40,148 nt of DNA from Octopus bimaculoides (GCF_001194135.2 NC_068990.1:13259275-13299422), one strand, 5' to 3'. Numbered from the stretch's first letter, positions 11,806 to 24,104 are shown. Notes: generated from the letters alone by a model not told the origin. Made by a program: numbers and translations.

Positions 11806-13169
11806 ATTTGTTTCACTGTCCTATGTATTTACTTTTAGCTGATACGACGTTGAACAGGAAATATACGTCATTGTTGTTATTGAGAGGAAAAACTTTTTGG
11901 TCACAAAACTGTGTACTACAATCAACAGCGCTACAAAATAGCACGAGTAACAAAAGAACACAACGTATTTCATCCGCCTCTCTGTCGATTCTGGTAATCT
12001 GTCACTCTGAAAAGAGATAGAATAACAAGTTTGTTAAAAAGACAGTTAAAAACGTAATTTTTCCTCATTTAAATTCAAAGACAACTGAACTACGATTAAA
12101 CGGTAAATGTGTTTACATTTTGAGGAAAGTCTGTCTAAACTAAGCTCTCTCTTATTATCAGCTATCACGCTATGTTTGGATATTTGCACACAAAAAGAGA
12201 TTTAGACCTAAAAAAAATTCAAGATTATAACAATTGCGAGAATCTGGTTTCGGCTTTTCCAAAATTTTTAGCGATGTAATGGAAGAAAACGCATAAGAAT
12301 TGAGCGACAAATTATCAAGAAACTAAGGAAAACTGATTATAACTAACTAACCGCATTTGATTCGGCAGCAGTGAAATTAATCGCTGGTTCAGCAGTAAAA
12401 GTAATATATTATATTTGTAGTCATTAGATAACGTTATTTAAAATAAGGAAAACGTTATCCGAGCCAACCCAACTGTATGGCCCCGCCATTTTGTCGCTTT
12501 TGTTTGTTATGAGATAAAGTACGATGATGATCAAAATTCCTATGATGCCAACCCTTTGGCGTAAAAAGGGTTGGTGATGAGAAGGGACCTTCACAACCAT
12601 AGGCTTTAGAAATAATGTGTAACCTAGGCCGAAAAGACCCAATGAGTTTCGAGATAATTTATAGTTAAGTAAAAATGATTCTTTCTTCTAATTGCCGATG
12701 ACGATAATTCAATACTTTATCAGAAGCTGACATGAACTCTAATGTTGACAATTTTCTGACGCTTATATAAACTTTGGCCTGACGATAAATGAATATATAA
12801 ATAAATAACGAAACAAGAATCATGCTGTAGCGAACTCCAGGAGACACTTTTCAGCTGCGGTTTTTCGTGCAGAGAAAGTCCTTTAAGATTTCGGGTTTCA
12901 AAAAAAAACAAAAAAAAAAACAGGAAAAAATAAAAAACTTGCCCCGTAGGTGGATGACAACGATGGACGTCGATATTTCACCGTTGCTTCAGTGCGTCGG
13001 CATCGCATACTTGAGTCACCCCGAAACGAATGCAAATCGCTGGTCGAAGTATATTTGAATAGCGTATAAATTTATTTGCCGATGTGCAAAAATATATATA
13101 TAAACAATATTTTAAGAATAAAACAAAATTAAGTTTTGTGTTAGAAGTAGCTCCAATAATACAAACATT

Positions 13170-13447
13170 ATTCATATCACATACTTAATGTGTTTTGTTT
13201 GAACACATTTCAGTTGCGGTATTTCGTCTAGAGAAAGTCCATTTTAAGAAGCTGAGCTTTAGAAAATACAGAATATCTCAAAACCAGGCGAAACGAATCG
13301 CCCCTTGGGTGAACGAGAACGGTGCATATCGGTGTTACGTTATACAGTGGTTTTTAACACATGACTTCTTAAAGCGATTTTGTCCGGAAGAAGTAATGCA
13401 ACTGAGATGCATTTAAACGAAACACATATTAAGTATGTGACATGAAT
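13170..13447. mobile_element. Fold-back MITE, about 280 bp, with about 90-bp imperfect terminal inverted repeats
   Basis: The left end attcatatcacatacttaatgtgttttgtttgaacacatttcagttgc matches the reverse complement of the right end, attcatgtcacatacttaatatgtgtttcgtttaaatgcatctcagttgc. Similarity continues inward to tttaagaag. A partial homologue lies at about 12850-12900. Confidence 0.75.
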
Positions 13448-13489
13448 CATACATCAAGCACATATACACACGCACGCGCACACACATTC

Positions 13490-13600
13490 ACACACGTACG
13501 CGCGCACGACAGCTTTTATCTGTTTCCATCTACTAAAGCCATTCACAAAGCTTTGGTTGGCCTAGGTATATAACAGAAGACACTTGCCCTTAGTGCCACA
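13490..13600 (-). mobile_element. SINE family A, partial (CORE-like segment)
   Basis: tgtttccatctactaaagccattcacaaagctttggttggcctagg..agaagacacttgccc is homologous to 24350-24425 and 27224-27285. Confidence 0.75.
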
Positions 13601-14436
13601 CATGTGCTTATATGTTAAACAATTATCGAATTGGAAATGACAGCAAAAAGCTATTTTCTGAACATATCTCAATGAGGAAGTTAACAAGAAGTCTCACTGA
13701 CCATCATGTGTTTTTTTCAAGAATTTTCTCAAGGAAAAAAGCGTACATGGCACTTAATGTTTGCTTTTAAATTATAATAACTTACGGACTGGCATGAAGA
13801 AAATTATCCCGAAACAAGTAACCTGAGTAAAATGCTTGCAAATACTAATCGAACACAGAATGTGTGTCGTTAGCCAGCTGGAGTAGATGTCTTTCTGGGG
13901 CCAAAAACGTCAGTAGCACTGTCCTGTATAGGACGCCACACTTAGTTGGCAATTATATACATACATATATATATANNNNNNNNNNNNNNNNNNNNNNNNN
14001 NNNNNNNNNNNNNNNNNNNNNNNNNNNNNNNNNNNNNNNNNNNNNNNNNNNNNNNNNNNNNNNNNNNNNNNNNNNNNNNNNNNNNNNNNNNNNNNNNNNN
14101 NNNNNNNNNNNNNNNNNNNNNNNNNNNNNNNNNNNNNNNNNNNNNNNNNNNNNNNNNNNNNNNNNNNNNNNNNNNNNNNNNNNNNNNNNNNNNNNNNNNN
14201 NNNNNNNNNNNNNNNNNNNNNNNNNNNNNNNNNNNNNNNNNNNNNNNNNNNNNNNNNNNNNNNNNNNNNNNNNNNNNNNNNNNNNNNNNNNNNNNNNNNN
14301 NNNNNNNNNNNNNNNNNNNNNNNNNNNNNNNNNNNNNNNNNNNNNNNNNNNNNNNNNNNNNNNNNNNNNNNNNNNNNNNNNNNNNNNNNNNNNNNNNNNN
14401 NNNNNNNNNNNNNATATAAGTATATATGTATATATA

Positions 14437-14640
14437 CGAGAACTTGACCTGTGGCTTGCCGAGATCCCGGATGAGCCAATATTCAGGCAAGAAACTCAAA
14501 AGAGAGCAGTAACATCGAACTCCATCCTTCACCAAAAGCCACTCCGACAAAGGTGGAAATTGGAAAGATGATCACAATGGTGGTGCTCCTGCATGGCCAC
14601 AGTCATTGGACTGAAACATATAAAAGAATAAAAGAAGAAT
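14437..14640 (+). mobile_element. CR1/L2-group LINE, short 3' fragment (subfamily 1)
   Basis: Encodes RELDLWLAEIPDEPIFRQETQKRAVTSNSILHQ, homologous to the C-terminus of 14868-15224. The tail ggtggtgctcctgcatggccacagtcattggactgaaac is followed by (ATAAAAGA)n. Confidence 0.8.
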
Positions 14641-14641
14641 A

Positions 14642-14731
<90 letters not shown>

Positions 14732-14774
14732 TACATATATATGCCTATAAATATATATTTATACATATAAACTA

Positions 14775-15293
14775 AGAAAATCGTCTCGATGCAACGTATC
14801 AGCTACTGGCAAAGACTGAAATAATTAAAAGGCTTCTCCCTGGAACGAAGAGGGGAAAACATATGCAATGATATACATCTGGAAAATCCTAGAAGGCCTT
14901 GTACCAAACTTTGGCATTGAAAGTTACTCAAACTGCAGAACGAGGCGCCACTGCATAGTGCCGAAGATCCCAGCAACGCCATCAAAATACAGGACCAGAT
15001 ATTGCAACAGCTTGAGCTTCAAGGGACCACAGTTCTTCAACATCCTTCCAAAATGCCCGAAAGGCGTGCATGGTGTGGATGTAAGTGCCATGAAAACAAA
15101 ACTGGATCTCTTAATGGCAAGGGTTCCAGACGAACCTACCTCACGGCAGGAAACACAGATGAGGGCAGCAGCATCAAATTCTCTTATTAACCAAATGCCA
15201 CATATCGGAGGAGGTTTCAAATAATGCGTTGTTCAGTCAACGGTGGTGCCCCAGCATGACCGCAGCTTTGAAGCTGAAACATTGTAAAGAATT

Positions 15294-15295
<2 letters not shown>
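14775..15295 (+). mobile_element. CR1/L2-group LINE 3' fragment (subfamily 2), ORF2 C-terminus plus 3' tail
   Basis: SYWQRLK*LKGFSLERR (frameshift) YAMIYIWKILEGLVPNFG..NSLSFKGPQFFNILPK..KTKLDLLMARVPDEP matches the 'LSY.ERL..L.L.SLE.RR..IY.WKIL.G' post-RT region of CR1/L2-group LINEs. The tail is ggtggtgccccagcatgaccgcagctttgaagctgaaac. The exact clade is not determined. Confidence 0.85.
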
Positions 15296-15368
<73 letters not shown>

Positions 15369-15639
15369 AAGTACACTCAACAATGGATATTACATGTGCA
15401 AAAGCTCTCGTATGCAAACTTATGCATTCACATTCATAGCCACGCATTTATGTAGAAGTGGCAAGGCCTCTCTGATCAAGCTCAAACATCTTATTCGATA
15501 ATCCCAATTGATTTATATTTCAACACCAGCTGATATTTATTTTCATTTCTTTTGAAGTTTTTTTCACATTTGAAATATTTATATTAATTTTTGCCTGTGC
15601 GGAACAAACCTAGTTTCATGAGATTCTGTTGTTACGTGT

Positions 15640-15717
15640 GTGTATGTGTGTATATATGTTCACATATATTTATTGATATATCTATACACGTATATGTTTA
15701 TACATACATACACGCAC

Positions 15718-15790
<73 letters not shown>

Positions 15791-16209
15791 AATATATTGT
15801 TGTATTTGGGGATGGTCATGTTGCTAGTTTAGCCAATAAAAACACGCACTACATATTTGGTGTTCACTTGCTTCAGCTTTATTTTATATTAATTGCCACT
15901 TCTGTGACCTCATCATATACATGTATGTATACATGTATTTGTTTATATATATATGTATATGTTTATATATTTATGTGTATGTATACATGTATATGTTTAT
16001 TTATATATGCATGTATACATGTATATGTTTATTGATACATATATGTATGCATATATATATATATGTTTATTTATATGTATATGCATACATGCATACGTTT
16101 ATTCATATAACATGCATACATCTATTTATATGTATACAGACATAGGTTTATACATATATATATGTATATGTATGTATATATATATGTATATATATATATA
16201 TATATATAT
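15640..16209. repeat. Compound (CA)n and degenerate TA/TATG low-complexity tract
   Basis: Directly visible; runs into the gap. Confidence 0.93.
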
Positions 16210-19200
16210 NNNNNNNNNNNNNNNNNNNNNNNNNNNNNNNNNNNNNNNNNNNNNNNNNNNNNNNNNNNNNNNNNNNNNNNNNNNNNNNNNNNNNNNNNNN
16301 NNNNNNNNNNNNNNNNNNNNNNNNNNNNNNNNNNNNNNNNNNNNNNNNNNNNNNNNNNNNNNNNNNNNNNNNNNNNNNNNNNNNNNNNNNNNNNNNNNNN
16401 NNNNNNNNNNNNNNNNNNNNNNNNNNNNNNNNNNNNNNNNNNNNNNNNNNNNNNNNNNNNNNNNNNNNNNNNNNNNNNNNNNNNNNNNNNNNNNNNNNNN
16501 NNNNNNNNNNNNNNNNNNNNNNNNNNNNNNNNNNNNNNNNNNNNNNNNNNNNNNNNNNNNNNNNNNNNNNNNNNNNNNNNNNNNNNNNNNNNNNNNNNNN
16601 NNNNNNNNNNNNNNNNNNNNNNNNNNNNNNNNNNNNNNNNNNNNNNNNNNNNNNNNNNNNNNNNNNNNNNNNNNNNNNNNNNNNNNNNNNNNNNNNNNNN
16701 NNNNNNNNNNNNNNNNNNNNNNNNNNNNNNNNNNNNNNNNNATATATATATATATATATATATATACAAAAGTAAATGAGTATATGCATATATACGTACA
16801 GGTATGTGCATACCGACATCCACCTGTATGTATAGGTGCATATCTGGGTACAGGACATTGCACACAAACGTAGACGAGAACACACGAGCCACATAGAGAA
16901 CATTCTACTTCTTCAGCTACCCACGTTTTAACATATATATGTATGTATGTATGTATGTATGCATGAATCTGTGTGTGTGCGTGCGTGTGTGTGCTGCGTA
17001 CTATTATTTATTATATGTTAACACACATATATGTATGTATATGTGTACACATACATTAATGCATGCATATCTGCCTACCTAATTGGTTGTATGTTTCTTG
17101 CATCTGTAGGCGCACTATAGGCGAGTAGAAGAGTTGCAGTTACATGTTAGAAAGAAGTTACTTGGCATATTTACAAAATAATTTTCATTGAACCGTATTT
17201 CTAAAATGTTTGTTTTAATTAAGCCATTTATTAAAAATATAATTTCGCCAGCTAAAAGTGCAAATAATACCCTACTAATATTCTTTGCTTCGATTTTTGA
17301 ATTTATGAAATTTTTCATTTTTTATCAAAACAACTCTTCCGAAGAAAATACTTAGAATTTATTACAGATTTTTCGAATATCGATGTTGTTTTTACGGTGG
17401 TTCATGCTATATATGATTTAAGAAATAACACTGTGTAACATGACTTTTTTTTTTCTTGGGTTGCAATTGTTATTCCCTATTTGCTTACCTCTAGAAAGTA
17501 ACAAGAATTGCTCATATTTCCTTCAAACTTTGCTTTTGTTCAGTTAATTCAAAGCCCAAAGAATTCCTCTCATGACTATAATGCTCCCCAAATACTCCTG
17601 CTCACGCTCAGAGATGCACATATTGTCAGTCATTAAAGGACATGTTCAAGGGGTTAAGGCAAGTAACTGACAAGTAAATCTGTGGTACTGAACAGAATAT
17701 TTGCTATAGCAATGTTTCTGCTTCAGGAACTCAGCGATGAATCTGTCTGAAATGTAATGGAAATTAAGACAGTTTCAAAACATTGACGTCCAGGTGACAA
17801 AAGCAAACTTTGAAGAGAATAGCAGTCATTTCCTTCGATTTCTAGGTAGAAGTAAATAGCAAATAACACTTACTGACTAAAGACAGAGAAAAAAAAATTA
17901 TACAGTCTTATCGATTCATTCGATCCATTGTGGTTATTTATCTGACGTATCAGAATAGGCGAGAAAAGAGCAAAACTGAATACCTACAGCAGAGATCTTT
18001 CGCTACAAGCATTCGACATTTTATCTAAAAGCTCAGTCTTTCATTTAAACATATGAAGGATTATGTAACTGTATAGAAACGAACCTTCTACACTATACAC
18101 CATAATAATATCTATATAAATATGTATGAGATTCCAAAAAGGATTGAATCGATCTGCGTCGGCAAGACCTATGTATGTAGTAAAATCGTCAAAAAGAGGA
18201 GAAGAGAACTTTTCGTAGGAGTGTAAACCGCAACGTTCCCCACCTTGTCATTTTTGTGGGAAAAATTGAAAGAAAAGAAATAAATGAAACATCAGGATCT
18301 AAAACTCCCCTGGGTCTCGTTTATTTCTCTTTCAACTTTTCCCTGAAGAAGGGAACTATATGTAACATTGTATTTTCCACTGTACTATTTAAAAAATCCA
18401 TTTTAATGTATGAACATGTATGGTTTACAGATGTAACCATGAATTTATGGAAAATCGCTGTTGACCGAGTAATATAGCGACATGTAACATACTAGAAACA
18501 GTATAGTTTAATCTTAGTGTCACAGTAATGTTGCTGTCTTCATGAACAAGAATACTACCTAATCTTATCAGGCCATATAAATAGATATCATATGCAGGAA
18601 AATCTATATGGAAGAGTAGACGAGATGGAAATAAATATGCCTGGATTATCTTCGTGCTTGACAGAAAAGAATAAAAATATTAGTCATAGACTACTTACAA
18701 CTTACTAACATTAAATATGTTTCCACTGGCTTAACTAAGATGCCGTAGAGTGCTTGTAAGATTAAGACTGAAATATATTCATATAATATATTATTGTAGT
18801 GTGTTTCTTACATTGCCTTCGAAATATAATCAAATATATACTTTAGACATTTTAAATTTGAAGTGTTTCTTGGCTATTGTTTAATTTGTCCATTTTATAC
18901 TTTGTGAAAAATTTCAATTCAAATATTCCCAAGATTCAGAACTACAGCAGATGTAGCTGCAGAAAAATGTTGTTCTTAAAACAGTTAAACGACTTTTCTT
19001 CAAAAAATATTTTTTCCTCGCATTTGCTTTCCATAATCGACAAATAATAGCAGTATTTCACTATAGAAAGAGAAAATTGTTGAGATTGAAGAGTACTTCT
19101 AAAGATAGGAGATATACTGAAGATATACTACTAATACGCTTCGATAATATTTCTGTCTACTTAATACATTCAGAATTTTTTAATAGATTCATTCAAATAT

Positions 19201-19214
19201 ATGAGGGGTTTCCA

Positions 19215-19233
19215 TATATACACATATTATATG

Positions 19234-19279
<46 letters not shown>

Positions 19280-19460
19280 TATGCACATGCATATATATTC
19301 ATGTATATATACATACACACACGCACACGCACATGTATATACTTATACACACACACACATACACACACACACACATATATATGTATATATACATATACAT
19401 ATATATACATATATACATATATACATACACACACATACACACGCATATATATATATTTAT
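19215..19460. repeat. Compound TA/CA microsatellite
   Basis: Directly visible. Confidence 0.93.
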
Positions 19461-20624
19461 AAAAGTTATTTTACAAATCATTAAGTTTTGATAACTTTAG
19501 TTTTAAGAAAGTTAGTATTATGTGTGTGTGTGTAAGTTGAAAACTAACGGCGTGAATAATAATACGGAAGATAATGTCAAAACAAGTTGTAGTAATAGAA
19601 TTTGCCACACATTGATATGCGAATGTATGAATATCTTTCCATTTTGTGCATAAAGACTTCTTCAAGAAGTTAGTAAAAAGAAAAAAAGTATACAGAAAAG
19701 AAAGACAAGCGAAGACAAAGACTGGACACTTGGCAACTAGAATACTGTCAGGTAGTAAGCGACTTCTATCATTCCAGCAAAGCAATCACTGCAACTGTCG
19801 TCATAGCTTTCTACATAGAGGGAAAGAGCGTCATAGCTTTCTACTGGTGGGATGGAGCGATGACATTCTCGATGAAACTTTGTGTCTAGTCCATTCTGGA
19901 TGATCCTCGACCGAAAGGCTATCAAAATTTAAACAAACCTGCCTTGGCACTACTACTGAACGCGTTTATGGTTCAAGGTAAGCTCTACAACTATGGAAGC
20001 ACAGTCAGCTGTGCTTGTCTGAGAAGCGTACAATAACGAATCTTTTTACTTGCATTCGTTCGGTGTTCGGGCGTTGTTGACTAGAGGACTTTTATTATCG
20101 TATGTAGAAAGGAACCACCTGTTGGCTGTATCTATTGTGAAGATCATTTTGCGTATTAACTTTTGAGCGGGTAAAGGCAAGACATTAATCTTGCTCTGCC
20201 AAGCAGCTATGGCGAAGAGGATCCTGAAGTGAACTCGACCGAAAAGACCGAAGACGGTCACTTTTCTCTTCGGCAAAGAAAATCTTTAGATATACCGACG
20301 GACAGGTCTTAGAAAAACTGAAGGAAGGCTGCAATAAGTGTATGAATCAAAGATGGGAATATGTTTCTTTTACCCAAGGCCAGGAACCTTTCTACACCCC
20401 GACGTCATTTTCAGTTAATTAAAAGTACATAAAAACACAAATTTTGACTAAATTTTAGCTTCACATCATTATGTTTTTGTAATACCTCGTATTTTCAAAA
20501 ACGAGGAAAGGAGTGTTATGGCCTGCGAATCTGCATATATAGATTTAAAAATATATCTCCAGTTAAACATTTTTCTACATCGTGCAACCATCGTTATAGT
20601 CATTCTATTACTTACGATGGCGAA

Positions 20625-21030
20625 GGCGGTGAGGTGGCAGAATCGTTAGCGAAATGCTTAGCGGTATTTCGTCTGCCGCTACGTTCTGAGTTCAAATTCC
20701 ACCGAGGTCGACTTTGCCTTTCATCCTTTCGGGGTCGATTAAATAAGTACCAGTTATGCACTGGAGTCGATATAATCGACTTAATCTGTTTGTATGTCCT
20801 TCTTTGTCCCCTCTGTGTGTAGCCCCTCGTGGGCAGTAAAGAAATAAGAATCGTTAGCCTGCCAGACAAATTGCTTAGCGGCATTTTGTCCGTCCTTACT
20901 TTCAAAATTCAAATTTCACCGAGGTCGACTTTTGGGGGTCGACGAAATAAGTACCTGGTGAGCACTGAGGGCAATTTACTATCTCTCTTCCTTGAAATAT
21001 TTCAGGTCTTGTGCTTATAATGGGAAGAAT
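20625..21030 (+). mobile_element. SINE family B, dimeric form
   Basis: Monomer 1 has head ggcggtgaggtggcagaatcgttagc, B box gttcaaattcc, central gcctttcatcctttcggggtcgattaaataagtaccag, and tail tttgtcccct..gcccctcgtgggcagtaaagaaata. Monomer 2 (from about 20850) repeats the head and central part with a different tail (cttgaaatatttcaggtcttgtgcttataat). Confidence 0.88.
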
Positions 21031-21523
21031 TATTTACGATGACAATATGATATCAGCTCGTAACGAATTTATATGCAAATGTATATATCTATTTCCAATC
21101 TAGGTATGAGAATATGTGTGTGTTCTCGTACGTGTGTACATAACTGAAATGCCAATAGTGTTATTTTATCTTTTATTTTCCATTATGCTGTCTTGTTGCA
21201 AACCGCTGAATGTTAACTCATTTCTAAGGATTAGAAATGACAATGCTTTTCAATTAAAAATGAAACTCAAAACAAATTATTGCTGCAAATGTACAAAGAT
21301 GTATTCTTTTCTTGCTAAAGAGATGATGAGTTCAACTCAACCCTTTATTTACAGAACGGTAAGAATCCATAAAGAGAATATTATTTCTCCAAAGCAAAAT
21401 TTCTCAGAATGAATTGGTAATCAGGATGCAAGGCAGTCAAGCAGTACAATGATATTATTGAACATAATACATCGGAAATATGTATTGTATATTTAACTGA
21501 AGAGATTTTATAGAGAGAGGCAA

Positions 21524-21597
<74 letters not shown>
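21524..21597. repeat. (GA)n microsatellite
   Basis: Directly visible. Confidence 0.95.
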
Positions 21598-21601
<4 letters not shown>

Positions 21602-21893
21602 TAACATTTTTACCTTAAGTGTAGGAAACATTTTTGTCAACGTCCTTGTACAGAAATATAATTGACACAATACTTAAAAATATATTACAAACAGCCGGAA
21701 ATATATCACCGACACGCGATATGTTGCTTGGAAATCCATCCGGAAAGTGTAATGACAGTTGGTTCTGTTAGGACTCCTTGGAGGAGGGAGGACGTGGCTG
21801 AGGACTCTATACTCGCTTCCCCCTCCTCATGAGACTGCAACAGAGAAAATAGATAGATGGATGGATGGATTATACAAGATGTGATGGATGAAA

Positions 21894-22115
21894 TACGAGG
21901 GCGTGTTGAAAAGTTCCTGGCTTTAGATAAAATAAAATACAAGAGGATCAGTTAATTATGATTTTATTCAATATATTTCCCTCTTAGATCTACTCACTTA
22001 AACGCAGCGCTCCTTCAGTTTTTCTAAGACCTGTAAAAGAACTCGGAAGGTTGGGCTTCTAACCAGACCTTTCGTGATACCCTTAAGATTATGAACTTTT
22101 CAACACACCCTCGTG
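21894..22115. mobile_element. Mariner-type MITE, copy 1
   Basis: TIRs tacgagggcgtgttgaaaagttc / gaacttttcaacacaccctcgtg, with TA at the left end. About 220 bp with no ORF. Homologous along its length to copy 2. Confidence 0.85.
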
Positions 22116-22149
22116 TGTGTGTATATATACATACATACATATACACATA

Positions 22150-22372
22150 TGCAAGAGGGAGTGCTGAAAAGTTCACGGCTTTGAGCAAAACAAAATGCAG
22201 GACGATCAGTTAAATATGATTTTATCCAAGATATTCCCCTTTCAGGTTTACACACTCATTGCAGCGGTCCTTCAGTTTTTCTAGGCCCTGTAAAAGAACT
22301 TAGAACGTTGGGCCTCCAGCCAGGCCTTTTGCGATACCCTTAAAGCCAGGAACTTTTCAGCACGCCCACGTA
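22150..22372. mobile_element. Mariner-type MITE, copy 2 (same orientation as copy 1)
   Basis: TIRs gagggagtgctgaaaagttcacggcttt / aaagccaggaacttttcagcacgcccacgta. The internal sequence is colinear with 21894-22115. Confidence 0.85.
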
Positions 22373-22728
22373 CATACACAACACTGGATTATAGCAAAAT
22401 ATCGTATATGTTTGAGTCCTACAGTGGAATTATCATGGTTTTGTTAGTTTATGATTTAAACAATATACACAATGATTGTTAAATTACAAATATCTTGAAT
22501 GTGGAAGACGCTCGGACTGCACAATAGACGTCATTAACCACATGACCTCTATACTTGACACAAAAGAAACCATTGCATAATTAACAGTGGAACACAAAGA
22601 ATTGGATTTATACCCAGAAACATGTAACACGCACAAATACATAATACGCGCGCGCACACGCACATCGTATCTTTGCAAACACACAGAGGCGTGTACACAC
22701 GCACGCACACATAGGTACATACATTTAT

Positions 22729-22764
<36 letters not shown>

Positions 22765-23380
22765 ACACATACAGAGATATGCATGTGTGTGTGTGTGTGT
22801 GTATATACGCCGGAGCATACGCGCTTTCTTCAATGCTGTGATTTGGCAATAGAAAAAATGAGCCACGAACAAGCCTTTAATAAGCCAGTGTGTAATCTTT
22901 TGATGCGCTAGAAATAGCAGCAAAATTCTCTTAAATCAAACCTTGACACATAGAAAGGGAACTACCCACTTCTCGAATAAAGGTTTCTCATACTTATATA
23001 TTGCTAAAGTCCAATGACTGAAGCAAGTACAAGATAAAGGATGTAAAGAGAAGATTTTAAATGTGACATAGACCTCATAGATCTCAACCATTGTTCAGAA
23101 TTTAAATCCCTATAAATACTCATTATTGCGTAATGAAAATCCATGAGGAAATTGTGAGGTGAAAACTACGCCACACTGTTTCCGAAATTAAATCTTGTGA
23201 TTATTATATTAGTAGTTCACTTTAATAAAAAAAAAGTTTTGCAACGAATTGTTCAAGAAAATGCGTGTTATTCACATTGTGAATATTAGTTACATGCCGC
23301 TCTTTTTTCTACCTGTATGTCTCATTCTCTCGTTTTTAACTGTCCCACAGAGAAAATGAGAAAGAGAAAGTGATAGAAGA

Positions 23381-23597
23381 AATATTCTTTTCTACCCTAG
23401 ACACAAGGTCCGAAATTTTAGGGGAGAGGCCAGTCGATTAGATTGACCTCAGTATGCAACTGGTACTTAATTTATCGCCCCCGAAAGGATGAAAGGCAAA
23501 GTCAACCTCGGCGGAATTTGAACTCAGAACGTAAAGACAAACAAAATACCGCTAAGCATTTCGCTCGGCTTGCTAACGTTTCTGCTAGCTCGCCGCC
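23381..23597 (-). mobile_element. SINE family B monomer
   Basis: The reverse complement reads ggcggcgagctagcagaaacgttagc..gagttcaaattccgccgaggttgactttgcctttcatcctttcggggg..ctctcccctaaaatttcggaccttgtgtctagggtagaaaagaatatt. Confidence 0.9.
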
Positions 23598-23791
23598 TTG
23601 TGATAGAAGAAATATTGAAACATAAAAGGTTGACAGGAGGCACCCCCGTCAAAAAACAAAAAACGAAAACAAAAAAAAAAACAAGGTATAGGACAACATG
23701 CAAACGTATTACCACTATCATCAATTATTTTCTCGCAATGCAGCTCCCTTCGTGCGTTTTCTCATCCTTTATCTCTCTTTACTGCATTATT

Positions 23792-23792
<1 letters not shown>

Positions 23793-23874
<82 letters not shown>

Positions 23875-23945
23875 CAGAGAGAGAGAGAGACAGAGAGAGA
23901 GAGAGAGGGAGAGAGTGAGAAACAGACAGATAGAGACACAGACAG
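23793..23945. repeat. (GA)n/(GACAGA)n microsatellite
   Basis: Directly visible. Confidence 0.95.
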
Positions 23946-24104
23946 ACACACAGAGTGCAGGGGCGTTTGAATGATAGAGAAAAATGATGAGAGGTAAAGA
24001 GACTATACTGCTCCTGTTTCTCTGACTGATTTCTTGGCAGTGGTTTGAGAGGGTTTCCTATGTTATTTCTGAAAATAAATTCTATACAAACTTGTCTGTG
24101 TAAT

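Noticed and set aside
905-16903. Long ORFs (200-460 aa) spanning N-gaps, and YI/HT/CV/ER-rich ORFs throughout the window
   Set aside because: They are translations of N-runs and TA/CA/GA microsatellites, not genes.
17450-17710. Segment resembling a recalled common octopus interspersed repeat (gcaagtaactgacaagtaaatctgtggtactgaacagaatatttgct)
   Set aside because: There is only one copy in the window and no visible termini, so I cannot support boundaries or class without a database search.
17724-17795. Apparent exon ttctgcttcag|...ccag|gtgac
   Set aside because: All three frames contain stop codons.
19798-19844. 16-bp direct repeat cgtcatagctttctac
   Set aside because: A simple short local duplication with no further structure.
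21340-21362. ccctttatttacag|aacg|gtaaga, a micro-exon-like arrangement
   Set aside because: A 4-nt exon with no supporting neighbouring exons; such motifs arise by chance in AT-rich DNA.
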